From: Chromatiales bacterium
Lineage (GTDB): Bacteria; Pseudomonadota; Gammaproteobacteria; SZUA-140
Direction: 5' to 3'
NCBI GenBank assembly: GCA_050486285.1
Contig: JBJHCZ010000011.1
Span: 737 to 64,736 of the forward strand
DNA: 64,000 nucleotides
Below, in pieces: positions 9,202-18,531 of the stretch; position 1 is the stretch's first letter; each line of letters opens with the position of its first letter. A model generated the notes under the pieces. The model saw nothing but the letters and a program-made list of their open reading frames with translations, searched no databases and was not told where the DNA came from. A program made the translations under genes and the position numbers.

Positions 9202-9788
9202 ACAGCGGGCGCGACGCGCCCCGCGCAACGCTGCTGGCCATCGACGGCCTCAGCGCAGGCTACGAAGCGCCGGTGATCCGCGCTGTCTCACTGCGCATCG
9301 ACGCCGGTGAACGACTGGGGCTCAACGGACGCAACGGCGCGGGCAAATCGACGCTGATGCGCGCGATCGTCGGCATGGCGCGCTGCTTCGCCGGCACGAT
9401 CCGCCGGCCACCGCGCGGCCGGCTGGGCTATCTCGCGCAGCAGGCGCCGGATGACCGGGAATCGCCGGTCACCGGTCGCGACGTGCTCACCCTGATGGAC
9501 GTCGACACCGCCGGCCTGCCCGAGCGCGTCGAACGACTGCTCGAAGCGCGCCTCGATCGCATCAGTACCGGCGAGCGCCAACTGGTCAAGGCCTGGGCCG
9601 TGATCCATCGCGACTGCGACCTCGTGCTGCTCGACGAACCGGCCAGCAGTCTCGACGACGACGCGAAGCAACTGCTGTCCGGCGCGATCGCGGCCTTTCC
9701 ACCGGCGCGCGCGGCGCTGATCATCAGTCACGACCCCGCCTTCATGCGCGCGGCCTGCACGGCGATGCGCGAGTTTCCGCTACGATGA
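9198..9788 (+). CDS. znuC: Zinc ABC transporter ATP-binding protein
   Basis: Walker A GRNGAGKST, ABC signature and Walker B LLLDEP. ATGA overlap with the znuA stop. Confidence 0.8.
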   Translation: MNSGRDAPRATLLAIDGLSAGYEAPVIRAVSLRIDAGERLGLNGRNGAGKSTLMRAIVGMARCFAGTIRRPPRGRLGYLAQQAPDDRESPVTGRDVLTLMDVDTAGLPERVERLLEARLDRISTGERQLVKAWAVIHRDCDLVLLDEPASSLDDDAKQLLSGAIAAFPPARAALIISHDPAFMRAACTAMREFPLR

Positions 9789-10594
9789 GCCTCGATGCCT
9801 TCGCGCTGTTCGGCATGCCGTTCATGACCGGGCTCGTGCTCGCGCTGTTCGTGCCGCTGGTCGGACTGCTGTTGCGCATGCGCGATGAATGGCTGGCGGC
9901 GCTCGGCCTGACCCACCTCACCGCCGCCGGCGGCGTAGCCGGCGCGGTCTTCGGCTGGCCGGCGCTGGCGTCGGCGCTGATTGCCGGCGGCGCCGGCGCG
10001 CTCGTCAAGGGCTGGATGCGCCAGCCGGGCAATACCGTGTTCGCGGCGATGATGCTGGCCGGCTGGGCTGCCGTGCTGCTGATCTCGGCGAACCATGTCC
10101 ATGCCCATCTGCTCGGCCAGGCGCTGATCGACGGCCAGCTGTACTTCACCGGGAGCGGTCATCTCGTCACGGCGCTGTTGCTGGTCGCGGCCGGCGTGCC
10201 GCTGCTCGCCCGGCTCGCGCCGCGGTTGATACGCGAGTTGCTGTTTCCCGGTCACCAGTCCGGCAATGATGCCCCGGTGCGTCGCTGGCACATCACGTTC
10301 GACCTGCTCGCGGTTGCAACGGTTGCAATCGCGGCGCTCGCGCTCGGCATCATGGCGGCGTTTGCGCTGGTGCTGCTGCCGGCCTGGATCGCCTTCGGTA
10401 TCGCCGGATCGACGCGCGCCGCCGCGTGGATCGCCGCGGGCATCGGCGTCTGCGCGTATGGCATTGCCTTCGTCGGCGCCCTCGTCTTCGACCAGCCGTT
10501 CGGCCCGGTGCTGGTCGCGGTGTTGCTCGCCTTGACGCTGCTGCGCTTGCTGCCGAAGGGTTTCCCGAAGGAGTCAGACCCCGCGGGGGGCTGA
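9785..10594 (+). CDS. znuB: Zinc ABC transporter permease (ABC-3 family)
   Basis: 8-TM-like hydrophobic protein. ATGA overlap with the znuC stop. Operon context. Confidence 0.8.
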   Translation: MSLDAFALFGMPFMTGLVLALFVPLVGLLLRMRDEWLAALGLTHLTAAGGVAGAVFGWPALASALIAGGAGALVKGWMRQPGNTVFAAMMLAGWAAVLLISANHVHAHLLGQALIDGQLYFTGSGHLVTALLLVAAGVPLLARLAPRLIRELLFPGHQSGNDAPVRRWHITFDLLAVATVAIAALALGIMAAFALVLLPAWIAFGIAGSTRAAAWIAAGIGVCAYGIAFVGALVFDQPFGPVLVAVLLALTLLRLLPKGFPKESDPAGG

Positions 10595-10636
10595 CCCCGC
10601 TCAGACCGCCGGGGCTTCTGCTATATTGACCGAACC

Positions 10637-11137
10637 ATGACCGCCAAGCAGACCTCTGCCCTGTTCAAGGGCGCCCTCCATGAACACACCCGCTGCCTCG
10701 AGCGCGCGGTCGCGACCGCACAAACGTTGTGCGATGAACGCGGCCTGCGGCTGACGCCGCTGCGACGGCAGGTGCTCGAACTGGTGTGGCGCAGCCACGA
10801 ACCGGTCAAGGCCTACGAGGTCCTCGACCGGCTGCGCGAGGTTCATCGCGGCGCGGCGCCGCCGACGGTCTATCGCGCGCTCGACTTCCTGCGCGAGCAG
10901 GGCCTCGTCCACCGCATCGAGTCGATGAATGCCTACATCGGCTGCGGCATGCCACAGCAAACACACGACGGCCAGTTCCTGATCTGCCGCGCCTGCGGCG
11001 AGGTCGCCGAGATCAACGATGTCGCGATCACCCGCCTGCTGTCGCGCAAGGCCGGCGCGCTCGGCTTCCACATCGACAACGAGACCATCGAGATCCGCGG
11101 CCTGTGCCTGGCCTGCGCAAAGAAGTCCAATGACTGA
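10637..11137 (+). CDS. zur: Zinc uptake regulator (Fur family)
   Basis: Fur-family fold with a winged-helix N-terminus, HRIE..CxxC motifs (CRACG, CLAC) and a ~165 aa length. Last gene of the znu operon. Confidence 0.8.
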   Translation: MTAKQTSALFKGALHEHTRCLERAVATAQTLCDERGLRLTPLRRQVLELVWRSHEPVKAYEVLDRLREVHRGAAPPTVYRALDFLREQGLVHRIESMNAYIGCGMPQQTHDGQFLICRACGEVAEINDVAITRLLSRKAGALGFHIDNETIEIRGLCLACAKKSND

Positions 11138-11182
11138 AGCCTGAAGCGCCCCGGCTGCTTCCAATCCCCGCACCACGCCCGA

Positions 11183-11204
11183 CCGGGGTCTGACCCCGTT
11201 TTGC
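11183..11204 (+). terminator. Rho-independent terminator candidate after zur
   Basis: CGGGG-tctga-CCCCG hairpin followed by TTTT. Confidence 0.4.
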
Positions 11205-11283
11205 CCCGTCCGTCATATTCGTGATAGAAAAATAATCCATAATCAACGACTATGAATCATTATCGCGAGACTGGAAGCCCGCC

Positions 11284-13011
11284 GTGACGACCGCCTATAC
11301 CCTGCTGCTGCTCGGCGGCCTGCTGCTGTTCCTGAGCGTGCTCGGCAGCAAGCTGTCCGCGCGCCTCGGTTTCCCGCTGCTGCTGATCTTCCTGATCCTC
11401 GGCATGCTGGCCGGCGTCGACGGCCCGCTCGGCATCGAGTTCGACAACTTCGACGCGGCGTTTCTGATCGGCAACCTCGCGCTCGCGATCATCCTGCTCG
11501 ACGGCGGCCTCGGCACCCGGATATCGACCTTCCGCGTCGCGCTGTGGCCGGCGGCCACGCTCGCGACCCTCGGCGTCGTCATCACCGTCGGCCTGCTCGG
11601 CATATTCGCGACCTGGCTGCTCGACATCGACTGGCGCTACGGCCTGCTGCTTGCCGCCATCGTCGGCTCGACCGACGCCGCCGCGGTGTTCAATGTGCTG
11701 CGCCACGGCGGCATCCGCCTGAACGAACGCGTCGGCGCGACGCTCGAGATCGAGTCGGGCACCAACGACCCGATGGCGATCTTCCTCGTCATCCTGCTGA
11801 TCGAGTTGTTGCTGAACGCCGGTGACTTCAGTGCCTTCGACATGGTGCTGATGCTGGTGCAGCAGTTCGGGCTCGGCGCGGCCGCCGGCCTCGCCGGCGG
11901 CTGGGTGCTCGCCCGGCTGGTGCTGCGCCTGCACCTGCCCGACGGCCTGTATGCGCTGATGATCGCCTCCGGCGGCCTGACGATCTTCGCGGCGACGAAC
12001 TACATCGGCGGCAGCGGCTTCCTCGCGATCTATCTCGCCGGCCTCGTCATCGGCAACCAGCGCAGCCAGGCCACCGAGCATGTGACGCGGGTGATGGACG
12101 GCCTCGCCTGGCTGGCGCAGGCCGGCATGTTCCTGATCCTCGGCCTGCTGGTGACGCCGAAGGCCATGCTCGACAGCGCCGGCTACGCGCTGGCGATCGC
12201 GGTCTTCCTGATGCTGGTCGCGCGCCCGCTCGCGGTGCTGCTGTGCCTGCTGCCGTTCCGCTTCCCGATGCGCGAGACCGGCTATGTCTCCTGGGTCGGG
12301 CTGCGCGGCGCGGTGCCGGTCGTGCTGGCGATGTTCCCGGTGATGGCCGGCGTCCCCGAATCGAAGCTGCTGTTCGAGGTCACCTTCGCGGTCGTGCTGG
12401 TCTCGCTGCTGGTGCAGGGCACGACCGTCCAGCTCGCGGCGCGGCTGACCGGCACGCTGGTGCCGCACCGCGCCGAGCCGCGCGACCAGAAGGAGATCTG
12501 GATCAGCGACGACGAGATGCTCGAGCTGGTCGCGTTCCGCGTCGAACCCTATTCACAGGCGATCGGCCTGCCGCTGTCGTCGCTGCACGATCTGCGCGGC
12601 GACAGCGTCCAGTGCGTCGTGCTGATCCGCGGCGGCAAGCGCATCCCGCCCGAACCGGGCCTGCGCATGGAGGTCCGCGACGAGGTCTGGCTGCTGGTCG
12701 AACCGGAAGACGTCGAACAACTCGCGCCGGTCTTCTCCCAGCAGGACCAGCAGGGTCAACTGGCCTCGCGCAACTTCTTCGGCGAGTTCACGCTGAACCC
12801 CGACTCGCCGGCCGCCGATCTCGCGCGCGCCTACGGCCTGGTCCTGAGCGAAGAGGAAATGAAGGGTTCGATCGGCGGCCTCGTCACCCGCCGCCTCGGC
12901 CGCCGCCCGGTCGTCGGCGACCGGGTCACGATCGGCACGCTGCGTCTGTCGGTCCGCAAGATGGACGCCGGCCGCATCTCCCAACTCGGCCTCAAGCTCA
13001 CCGGACTCTAG
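11284..13011 (+). CDS. K+/H+ (cation/proton) antiporter, CPA1 NhaP2-type, with a C-terminal TrkA-C domain
   Basis: N-terminal Na/H-exchanger-type TM domain and a C-terminal soluble TrkA_C-like regulatory domain (575 aa). Confidence 0.8.
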   Translation: MTTAYTLLLLGGLLLFLSVLGSKLSARLGFPLLLIFLILGMLAGVDGPLGIEFDNFDAAFLIGNLALAIILLDGGLGTRISTFRVALWPAATLATLGVVITVGLLGIFATWLLDIDWRYGLLLAAIVGSTDAAAVFNVLRHGGIRLNERVGATLEIESGTNDPMAIFLVILLIELLLNAGDFSAFDMVLMLVQQFGLGAAAGLAGGWVLARLVLRLHLPDGLYALMIASGGLTIFAATNYIGGSGFLAIYLAGLVIGNQRSQATEHVTRVMDGLAWLAQAGMFLILGLLVTPKAMLDSAGYALAIAVFLMLVARPLAVLLCLLPFRFPMRETGYVSWVGLRGAVPVVLAMFPVMAGVPESKLLFEVTFAVVLVSLLVQGTTVQLAARLTGTLVPHRAEPRDQKEIWISDDEMLELVAFRVEPYSQAIGLPLSSLHDLRGDSVQCVVLIRGGKRIPPEPGLRMEVRDEVWLLVEPEDVEQLAPVFSQQDQQGQLASRNFFGEFTLNPDSPAADLARAYGLVLSEEEMKGSIGGLVTRRLGRRPVVGDRVTIGTLRLSVRKMDAGRISQLGLKLTGL

Positions 13012-13187
13012 TCACGCCGGCCTGCGGCCGCGTCCGTGACCCGCGTCACGATGCCCGCCGGCATCTTGCCGTCTTTGTGACGCCGATCACGTTTTTCAGC
13101 CCCCTCCCGGTCGATCAGGCAGTCAGGCAGGCGATGTCGCCGCGCGGCAGCGACCTGCCTGGTCACGATAGCCGGAGGACAACAACA

Positions 13188-13415
13188 ATGAGAAACAAAT
13201 CGACACACGAGTACATCTGCCTCAACAAGACCGACGAACAGTTCCTCGAGGATCACAATCTCGAAGACCTGCTCGATACCCACGAGCGCAAGAACGCGCC
13301 GCTGCGTACCGAGAACGTCCGCAAGTCGATCGAGCATCACCTCGAACGCCGGCGCCTGAAGCAGCGCATCGCCGACTTCGACTGGGACGAACAGGACTTC
13401 TACGAAGAGCATTGA
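13188..13415 (+). CDS. Small conserved acidic protein (75 aa), not in the ORF track
   Basis: ATG preceded by GGAGGA. MRNKSTHEYICLNKTDEQFLEDHNLEDLLD...RRRLKQRIADFDWDEQDFYEEH shows non-random, conserved-looking composition. The track shows only a long GC-rich frame (12243-13415) that includes it. Confidence 0.4.
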   Translation: MRNKSTHEYICLNKTDEQFLEDHNLEDLLDTHERKNAPLRTENVRKSIEHHLERRRLKQRIADFDWDEQDFYEEH

Positions 13416-13543
13416 AGCCGGACCCGCTCCGGCCACGCCGCCGCCGGCACAGGGACCTGTCGCCGGTGGCACGAACCACCCCTTCCCCCTCATAGGCTTA
13501 TCCCGCGCCGGTTGCTATAATCCGCGCTTTCGGCAATGCCCCC

Positions 13544-13620
13544 GCCCCGGTAGCTCAGATGGATAGAGCATCCCCCTCCTAAGGGGAAGGTCACACGTTC
13601 GAATCGTGTTCGGGGCGCCA
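13544..13620 (+). tRNA. tRNA-Arg (anticodon CCU)
   Basis: Full cloverleaf by hand: acceptor GCCCCGG/TCGGGGC, D-arm GCTC..GAGC, anticodon stem TCCCC/GGGGA with loop CTCCTAA, T-arm ACACG-TTCGAAT-CGTGT, 3' GCCA. Confidence 0.9.
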
Positions 13621-13687
13621 GCCAGTACCGGGAATCAGCGTGCTGAACGACACTGATCAGCCTGCGTTGAGATTGACCGGGTTAGAG

Positions 13688-13735
13688 CTTGATCCACTTG
13701 ATAAATTTGTTATCAACACAATCTGTGGATAAGTC
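13688..13735. promoter_or_regulatory. Cluster of DnaA-box-like sequences in an AT-rich intergenic region
   Basis: TGTGGATAA (perfect DnaA box, reverse orientation), TTATCAACA and TGATCCAC(T) within 50 bp. Local GC ~45% against ~65% background. Confidence 0.3.
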
Positions 13736-13981
13736 TGTTGAGAACTTATTGAAATCCGGCCAAGCAGCGGCATCGCATGGAAGTTTTGCGCTTTGGTCAT
13801 ATTTTGTTCACTTGAATAAGCAAAAGAAAACATGAACTTGAATTAGCCCTGCGCAGCACGTCGGCTTGCCCGTCGGCAAAGGACAAGGCAACGCCCGTCG
13901 GCCCGCCGGCGCAAGCGCCCTGTGCATAACCGTCGCGGGAAGACTCCCCGAGCCGCCCCTTGTATCTGGATAAGGTATGCG

Positions 13982-15961
13982 ATGAAAAACCTCTGGAATG
14001 ATGCCGATGCAGCGCGCTGCGAGTCCGATCTGGCCCTGCGCGTGTATACCTCGCGGCTGCTCGGCCGCGATCCGTCGCTGGTCCTCCACGGCGGCGGCAA
14101 TACCTCGGTCAAGCTGACGGCGCGCAATCTCCTCGGCGGGGAAGAGGATCTCCTCTATGTCAAAGGCAGCGGCTGGGACCTCGAGACCATCGAGGAAGCG
14201 GGTTTTTCGCCGGTGCGCCTCGACCACCTGATCGCCCTTGCCCGCCTGCCGGCACTCAGTGATCCGGAGATGGTCAATGAGCTGCGCACGCACATGACGC
14301 TGGCGAGCGCGCCGACGCCGTCGGTCGAGGCGATCCTGCATGCGATCATCCCGCACAAGTACGTCGACCACACCCACGCCGACGCGGTCATCGCGATCAC
14401 CAACACCGACGGCGGCGAGGCGCGTATCCGCGAGATCTACGGCGACGAGGTTGTCGTGATCCCGTACGTGATGCCGGGCTTCGACCTCGCCCGCCTGTGC
14501 GCCGAGCGCTTCACCGCCGAGGCGACCCCGCGCACCCGCGGCATGGTGCTGATGAACCACGGCATCTTCTCGTTCGGCGCGACCGCGCGGGAATCCTACG
14601 AGCGCATGATCGAACTGGTGCAGCGCGCCGAGGACTATCTCGCCAGTCACCGCGCATGGACGCTCGAATTTCCGCTGCCGGCGTCCGCATCGGCGAAGCC
14701 GTCGCTGCGACGGGAGATCGCGGCGCTGCGGCAGACGATTTCGGCCGTTGCCGGCTTCCCGCTGTTGCTGGCGACGCGTCAGGACGCCCGCAGCCTCGCG
14801 TTCGCGCGCCGCAAGGACGTCGGCGAGATCGCGAACCGCGGCCCGGCGACGCCCGACCATGTCATCCGTACCAAGCGCGTGCCGCTGATCGGCCGCAAGG
14901 TCGACGGCTATGTCGCTGCCTATCGCCGCTATTTCGACGAGCTCGCGCCGGGTGCGCGCGACGGGAAGACGATGCTCGACCCGGCGCCGCGCGTAGTGAT
15001 CGATTCGGACTTCGGCATCGGCACGCTCGGCCGCAGCGCCCGCGACGCGGCCATCGTCGCCGACATCTACGAGCACACGATCGACGTGATCCTGCGCGCC
15101 GAGGCCCTCGGCGGCTGGCGGGCGCTGCCGGCAAAGGACATCTTCGACGTCGAATACTGGGACCTCGAACAGGCCAAACTGAAAAAGGCCGGCAACCCGC
15201 CGGTGTTCGCCGGCGAGATCGCGCTGGTCACCGGCGCCGCATCCGGGATCGGTCTTGCCTGCGCCGAGTCGCTGCTCCGGCGCGGCGCGGCGGTGATCGG
15301 CCTCGACATCAATTCCGCCGTCGAGACTGCCATCCGCCACCCGGGCTGGCTCGGTCTCGAATGTGATGTCACCGATGAGGCTGCGCTGGTTGCGTCGATC
15401 GAGGCCGGCGTCCGCCGCTTCGGCGGCCTCGACATGCTGATCCTGAACGCCGGCAGTTTCCCGCCTGGCTGCCGAATTGAGTCATTGGAAACAGATAGTT
15501 GGAAGCGAGTCTTCGATATCAACCTGAATTCCAACCTGGCCCTGATGCGCGAGGCCGCCCCGCTCCTGAAGCTCGCCCCGCGCAAGGGCCGGGTCGTCGT
15601 CATCGGCTCGCGCAACGTCCTGGCACCGGGCCCCGGCGCGGCCGCCTACTCGGCGTCGAAGGCCGCGCTGAATCAGCTCGCCCGCGTCGCGACGCTGGAA
15701 TGGGCCGGCGACGGCATCCGCGTCAACACCCTGCATCCGGACGCGGTGTTCGACACCGGGATCTGGACCGACGAGACCCTGCAGTCCCGCGCCGCCCACT
15801 ACGGCATGTCGGTCGAGCAATACAAGACCCGCAACCTGCTGAAGACCGAGGTCCGGGCCCGCGACGTCGCCGAACTGGCCGCCGAGCTGTGCGGCCCGCT
15901 GTTCGCGAAGACGACCGGGGCCCAGATCCCGATCGACGGCGGCAACGAACGGGTGGTCTGA
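13982..15961 (+). CDS. Bifunctional class II aldolase/adducin-domain + short-chain dehydrogenase (rhamnulose-1-phosphate aldolase/alcohol dehydrogenase-like)
   Basis: N-terminal class II aldolase domain (HGGGNTS, HTHADAV) and C-terminal SDR domain (TGAASGIGLA Rossmann motif, YSASKAA active site). 659 aa. Confidence 0.8.
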   Translation: MKNLWNDADAARCESDLALRVYTSRLLGRDPSLVLHGGGNTSVKLTARNLLGGEEDLLYVKGSGWDLETIEEAGFSPVRLDHLIALARLPALSDPEMVNELRTHMTLASAPTPSVEAILHAIIPHKYVDHTHADAVIAITNTDGGEARIREIYGDEVVVIPYVMPGFDLARLCAERFTAEATPRTRGMVLMNHGIFSFGATARESYERMIELVQRAEDYLASHRAWTLEFPLPASASAKPSLRREIAALRQTISAVAGFPLLLATRQDARSLAFARRKDVGEIANRGPATPDHVIRTKRVPLIGRKVDGYVAAYRRYFDELAPGARDGKTMLDPAPRVVIDSDFGIGTLGRSARDAAIVADIYEHTIDVILRAEALGGWRALPAKDIFDVEYWDLEQAKLKKAGNPPVFAGEIALVTGAASGIGLACAESLLRRGAAVIGLDINSAVETAIRHPGWLGLECDVTDEAALVASIEAGVRRFGGLDMLILNAGSFPPGCRIESLETDSWKRVFDINLNSNLALMREAAPLLKLAPRKGRVVVIGSRNVLAPGPGAAAYSASKAALNQLARVATLEWAGDGIRVNTLHPDAVFDTGIWTDETLQSRAAHYGMSVEQYKTRNLLKTEVRARDVAELAAELCGPLFAKTTGAQIPIDGGNERVV

Positions 15962-16016
15962 GCCCTTCTCTGGTACGCATCCTGCATGATGTAGTGGTAG
16001 AATTGACGGCCTGAAG

Positions 16017-16038
16017 TCGCCGATCCGACGGCGATTTT
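16017..16038 (+). terminator. Rho-independent terminator candidate after the aldolase/SDR gene
   Basis: TCGCCG-atccga-CGGCGA hairpin followed by TTTT. Confidence 0.4.
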
Positions 16039-16080
16039 CGATCAGGGCCTCCGACCACCGACAGGGCAGGACGCGTCTGC

Positions 16081-17586
16081 GTGAGGAACATCATCCCGAT
16101 CCAGCCCCGGACCGCGCGTCCGAACGCCCGCCGGCCCGAAGGCGCCCGGCCGACGCGGGTCATCGCGATCACCAGCGGCAAGGGTGGCGTCGGCAAGACC
16201 AATGTCACCAGCAATCTCGCGATCGCGCTCGCGCGCCAGGGCAATCGCGTCTGCATCTTCGATGCCGACACCAATCTCGCGAACATCAACATCGTCATGG
16301 GGCTGTCGCCCCGTTACACGATCGAACACCTGCTGAACGGGGAGAAGTCGGTCGACGAGATCCTCGCCGAGGGCCCCGAAGGGGTCATGATCGTCCCGGC
16401 CGCCTCCGGCATCGCCGACTGCGCCCGCCTCGACGAGACACAGCAACTGCGCCTGATCGAGGCGCTGGAGACGCTGGAGTCCAGCTTCGATTATCTGCTG
16501 ATCGACACCGCCGCCGGCATCGGCGACCCGGTGCTGTCCTTCGTACAGTCGGCGCAGTACACGATCCTCGTGATCTCGACCGAGCCGACCTCGCTGACCG
16601 ACGCCTTCGCGCTGCTCCGGATGCTGAAGCGCCGCCACCACGAGCGCCCGGCCTATGTGCTCGTGAACATGGCGCTGAACTATGCGAACAGCATGGAGAT
16701 CTTCAAGCGCTTCGAGGCCGCGGTACGCAAGTACCTGACGATGAAGGTGCATTATCTCGGCTATATCACCGACGACCGCGCCGTGAAGGCCTCGGTCATC
16801 CGCCAGACCCCGGTGCTGATGAACGATCCGGACGCGCTCGCGAGCCGCTGTTTCACGACGCTCGCCGCGGTGCTGAGCAAGCAGTTCACCGCGAGCGTGG
16901 CGCCGCACGGCTTCAGCGCCTGGTGGAAATATCTCGCCGACGCGGAACCCGTCCCGGTCGAAGCGGTCAGCGGTCCGGCCGCCGAGTCGCCCCCGGCGAC
17001 GACCGCCGCACCTGCCGTTGCTGAAACAGCTGCTGTTGCGGAATCACCGACGCCGGCCACCGAACCCGCGGCGCAGTCGGAACCGGCGCCTCTCCCGGGG
17101 CCCGAGACCACGCGTGTCGCTGCCCAGGCCCCGGCCGACGCCGCTACTGAACTGCAGTCGCTCGCCGCCCGCGCCCTCTCGCTGCTCGCCGATCCGTCGC
17201 TGAATCTCGAACGCGCGACCCGCTTCCTCGATCCGCTGATCGAGATCCATCTCGGGCGCTTTCACCAGGTGCCGCCGCAACTGGCCGACTTTTCGAAGCT
17301 GCTCAACAAGACCAGCCCGTCGGAACGGGAACTGCGGGAATGGGCAGGCGCGATCGAGGACTACTTCGAGCGTCGCTTCGGCCGCCCGCTCCATGCCGAG
17401 GAAGAGGCGCGCAACCAGGCCGAACGCGAACAGCGCGAGCGCCTGCTGCGTGAATACCGGGTGATCGCCGAGCGCCTGGAATCCGAGCAGGCGCTGCTGC
17501 ACCAGACGCTGACGCGGCTCTACAACTATATCGATGAGGAGCTGGCGGACAGGCGGGATACCGGGCGAGAACGCCCGCCGTCCTGA
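16081..17586 (+). CDS. ParA/MinD-family P-loop ATPase with a ~220-aa C-terminal extension
   Basis: Deviant Walker A AITSGKGGVGKT and MinD/FlhG-like core to ~aa 270. This is followed by a Pro/Ala/Glu-rich linker and a C-terminal helical, charged domain. Confidence 0.7.
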   Translation: MRNIIPIQPRTARPNARRPEGARPTRVIAITSGKGGVGKTNVTSNLAIALARQGNRVCIFDADTNLANINIVMGLSPRYTIEHLLNGEKSVDEILAEGPEGVMIVPAASGIADCARLDETQQLRLIEALETLESSFDYLLIDTAAGIGDPVLSFVQSAQYTILVISTEPTSLTDAFALLRMLKRRHHERPAYVLVNMALNYANSMEIFKRFEAAVRKYLTMKVHYLGYITDDRAVKASVIRQTPVLMNDPDALASRCFTTLAAVLSKQFTASVAPHGFSAWWKYLADAEPVPVEAVSGPAAESPPATTAAPAVAETAAVAESPTPATEPAAQSEPAPLPGPETTRVAAQAPADAATELQSLAARALSLLADPSLNLERATRFLDPLIEIHLGRFHQVPPQLADFSKLLNKTSPSERELREWAGAIEDYFERRFGRPLHAEEEARNQAEREQRERLLREYRVIAERLESEQALLHQTLTRLYNYIDEELADRRDTGRERPPS

Positions 17587-17658
17587 TCGACCGACCGCTC
17601 CGATCCGTCAGGTCATCGGATCTGCGGAACGGGCCTGCAGCAACGGCAGATCAGACGG

Positions 17659-18531
17659 CTACCTGGCCAGCGCCTGACTGATCGCCCCGCCCATGCCGGC
17701 CGGCGACTTCGTGATCGTGATGCCGGCGGCCTCGAGCGCGGCGTATTTCTCTTCCGCGGTGCCCTTGCCGCCGGCGATGATCGCGCCGGCATGCCCCATG
17801 CGCTTGCCCTGCGGCGCGGTGACGCCGGCGATATAGGCGGCCACCGGCTTGGTCATGTGGTCGCGGATGTATGCCGCGGCCTCCTCTTCCGCGCTGCCGC
17901 CGATCTCGCCGACCATCAGCACCGCCTCGGTCTGCGGATCCTGTTCAAAGAGCTCCAGGCAATCGATGAAGTTCATCCCCGGGATCGGGTCGCCGCCGAT
18001 GCCGATGCAGGTGCTCTGGCCGAGGCCGAGGTCGGTGGTCTGCTTGACGGCCTCGTAGGTCAGCGTGCCGGAGCGCGAGACGATGCCGATGCGGCCGGGC
18101 AGATGGATCGCGCCCGGCATGATGCCGATCTTGCATGCGCCCGGCGTGATGATGCCGGGGCAGTTCGGGCCGATCAGGCGCGCGCCCGCGGCGCGCACGA
18201 TGCGCACTGCCTTCAGCATGTCGAGCGTCGGGATGCCCTCGGTGATGCAGACGATCAGTCGGACCCCGGCATCGGCGGCCTCGAGGATCGCGTCGAGGCA
18301 GAACGGCGCCGGCACATAGATCACCGAGGCCTCGGCGCCGGTCGCGGCAACCGCGTCGTGCACGGTGTCGAACACCGGCAGGCCGAGATGGGTCTGGCCG
18401 CCCTTGCCCGGCGTGACGCCGCCGACCATGCGCGTGCCGTAGGCGATCGCCTGCTCGGTATGGAAGCTGCCCTGCTTGCCGGTAAAGCCCTGGCAGATCA
18501 CGCGGGTGTCGCGATCGACGAGCACGCTCAT
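17659..18531 (-). CDS. sucD: Succinyl-CoA synthetase alpha subunit
   Basis: [45 protein letters not shown] is near-identical to the canonical SucD N-terminus. 290 aa. Confidence 0.95.
   Translation of the reverse strand: MSVLVDRDTRVICQGFTGKQGSFHTEQAIAYGTRMVGGVTPGKGGQTHLGLPVFDTVHDAVAATGAEASVIYVPAPFCLDAILEAADAGVRLIVCITEGIPTLDMLKAVRIVRAAGARLIGPNCPGIITPGACKIGIMPGAIHLPGRIGIVSRSGTLTYEAVKQTTDLGLGQSTCIGIGGDPIPGMNFIDCLELFEQDPQTEAVLMVGEIGGSAEEEAAAYIRDHMTKPVAAYIAGVTAPQGKRMGHAGAIIAGGKGTAEEKYAALEAAGITITKSPAGMGGAISQALAR

Noticed and set aside
12243-13415. 390-aa ORF from the track
   Set aside because: Most of it overlaps the NhaP2 antiporter gene in another frame and is Arg/Pro/Gly-rich. Only the last 75 codons, which have their own RBS and ATG at 13188, are credible.
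13620-13980. AT-rich DnaA-box region considered as chromosomal origin (oriC)
   Set aside because: No dnaA, dnaN, gidA, mioC or rpmH context. Few GATC sites and no AT-rich 13-mer array. Kept only as a possible DnaA-regulatory site.
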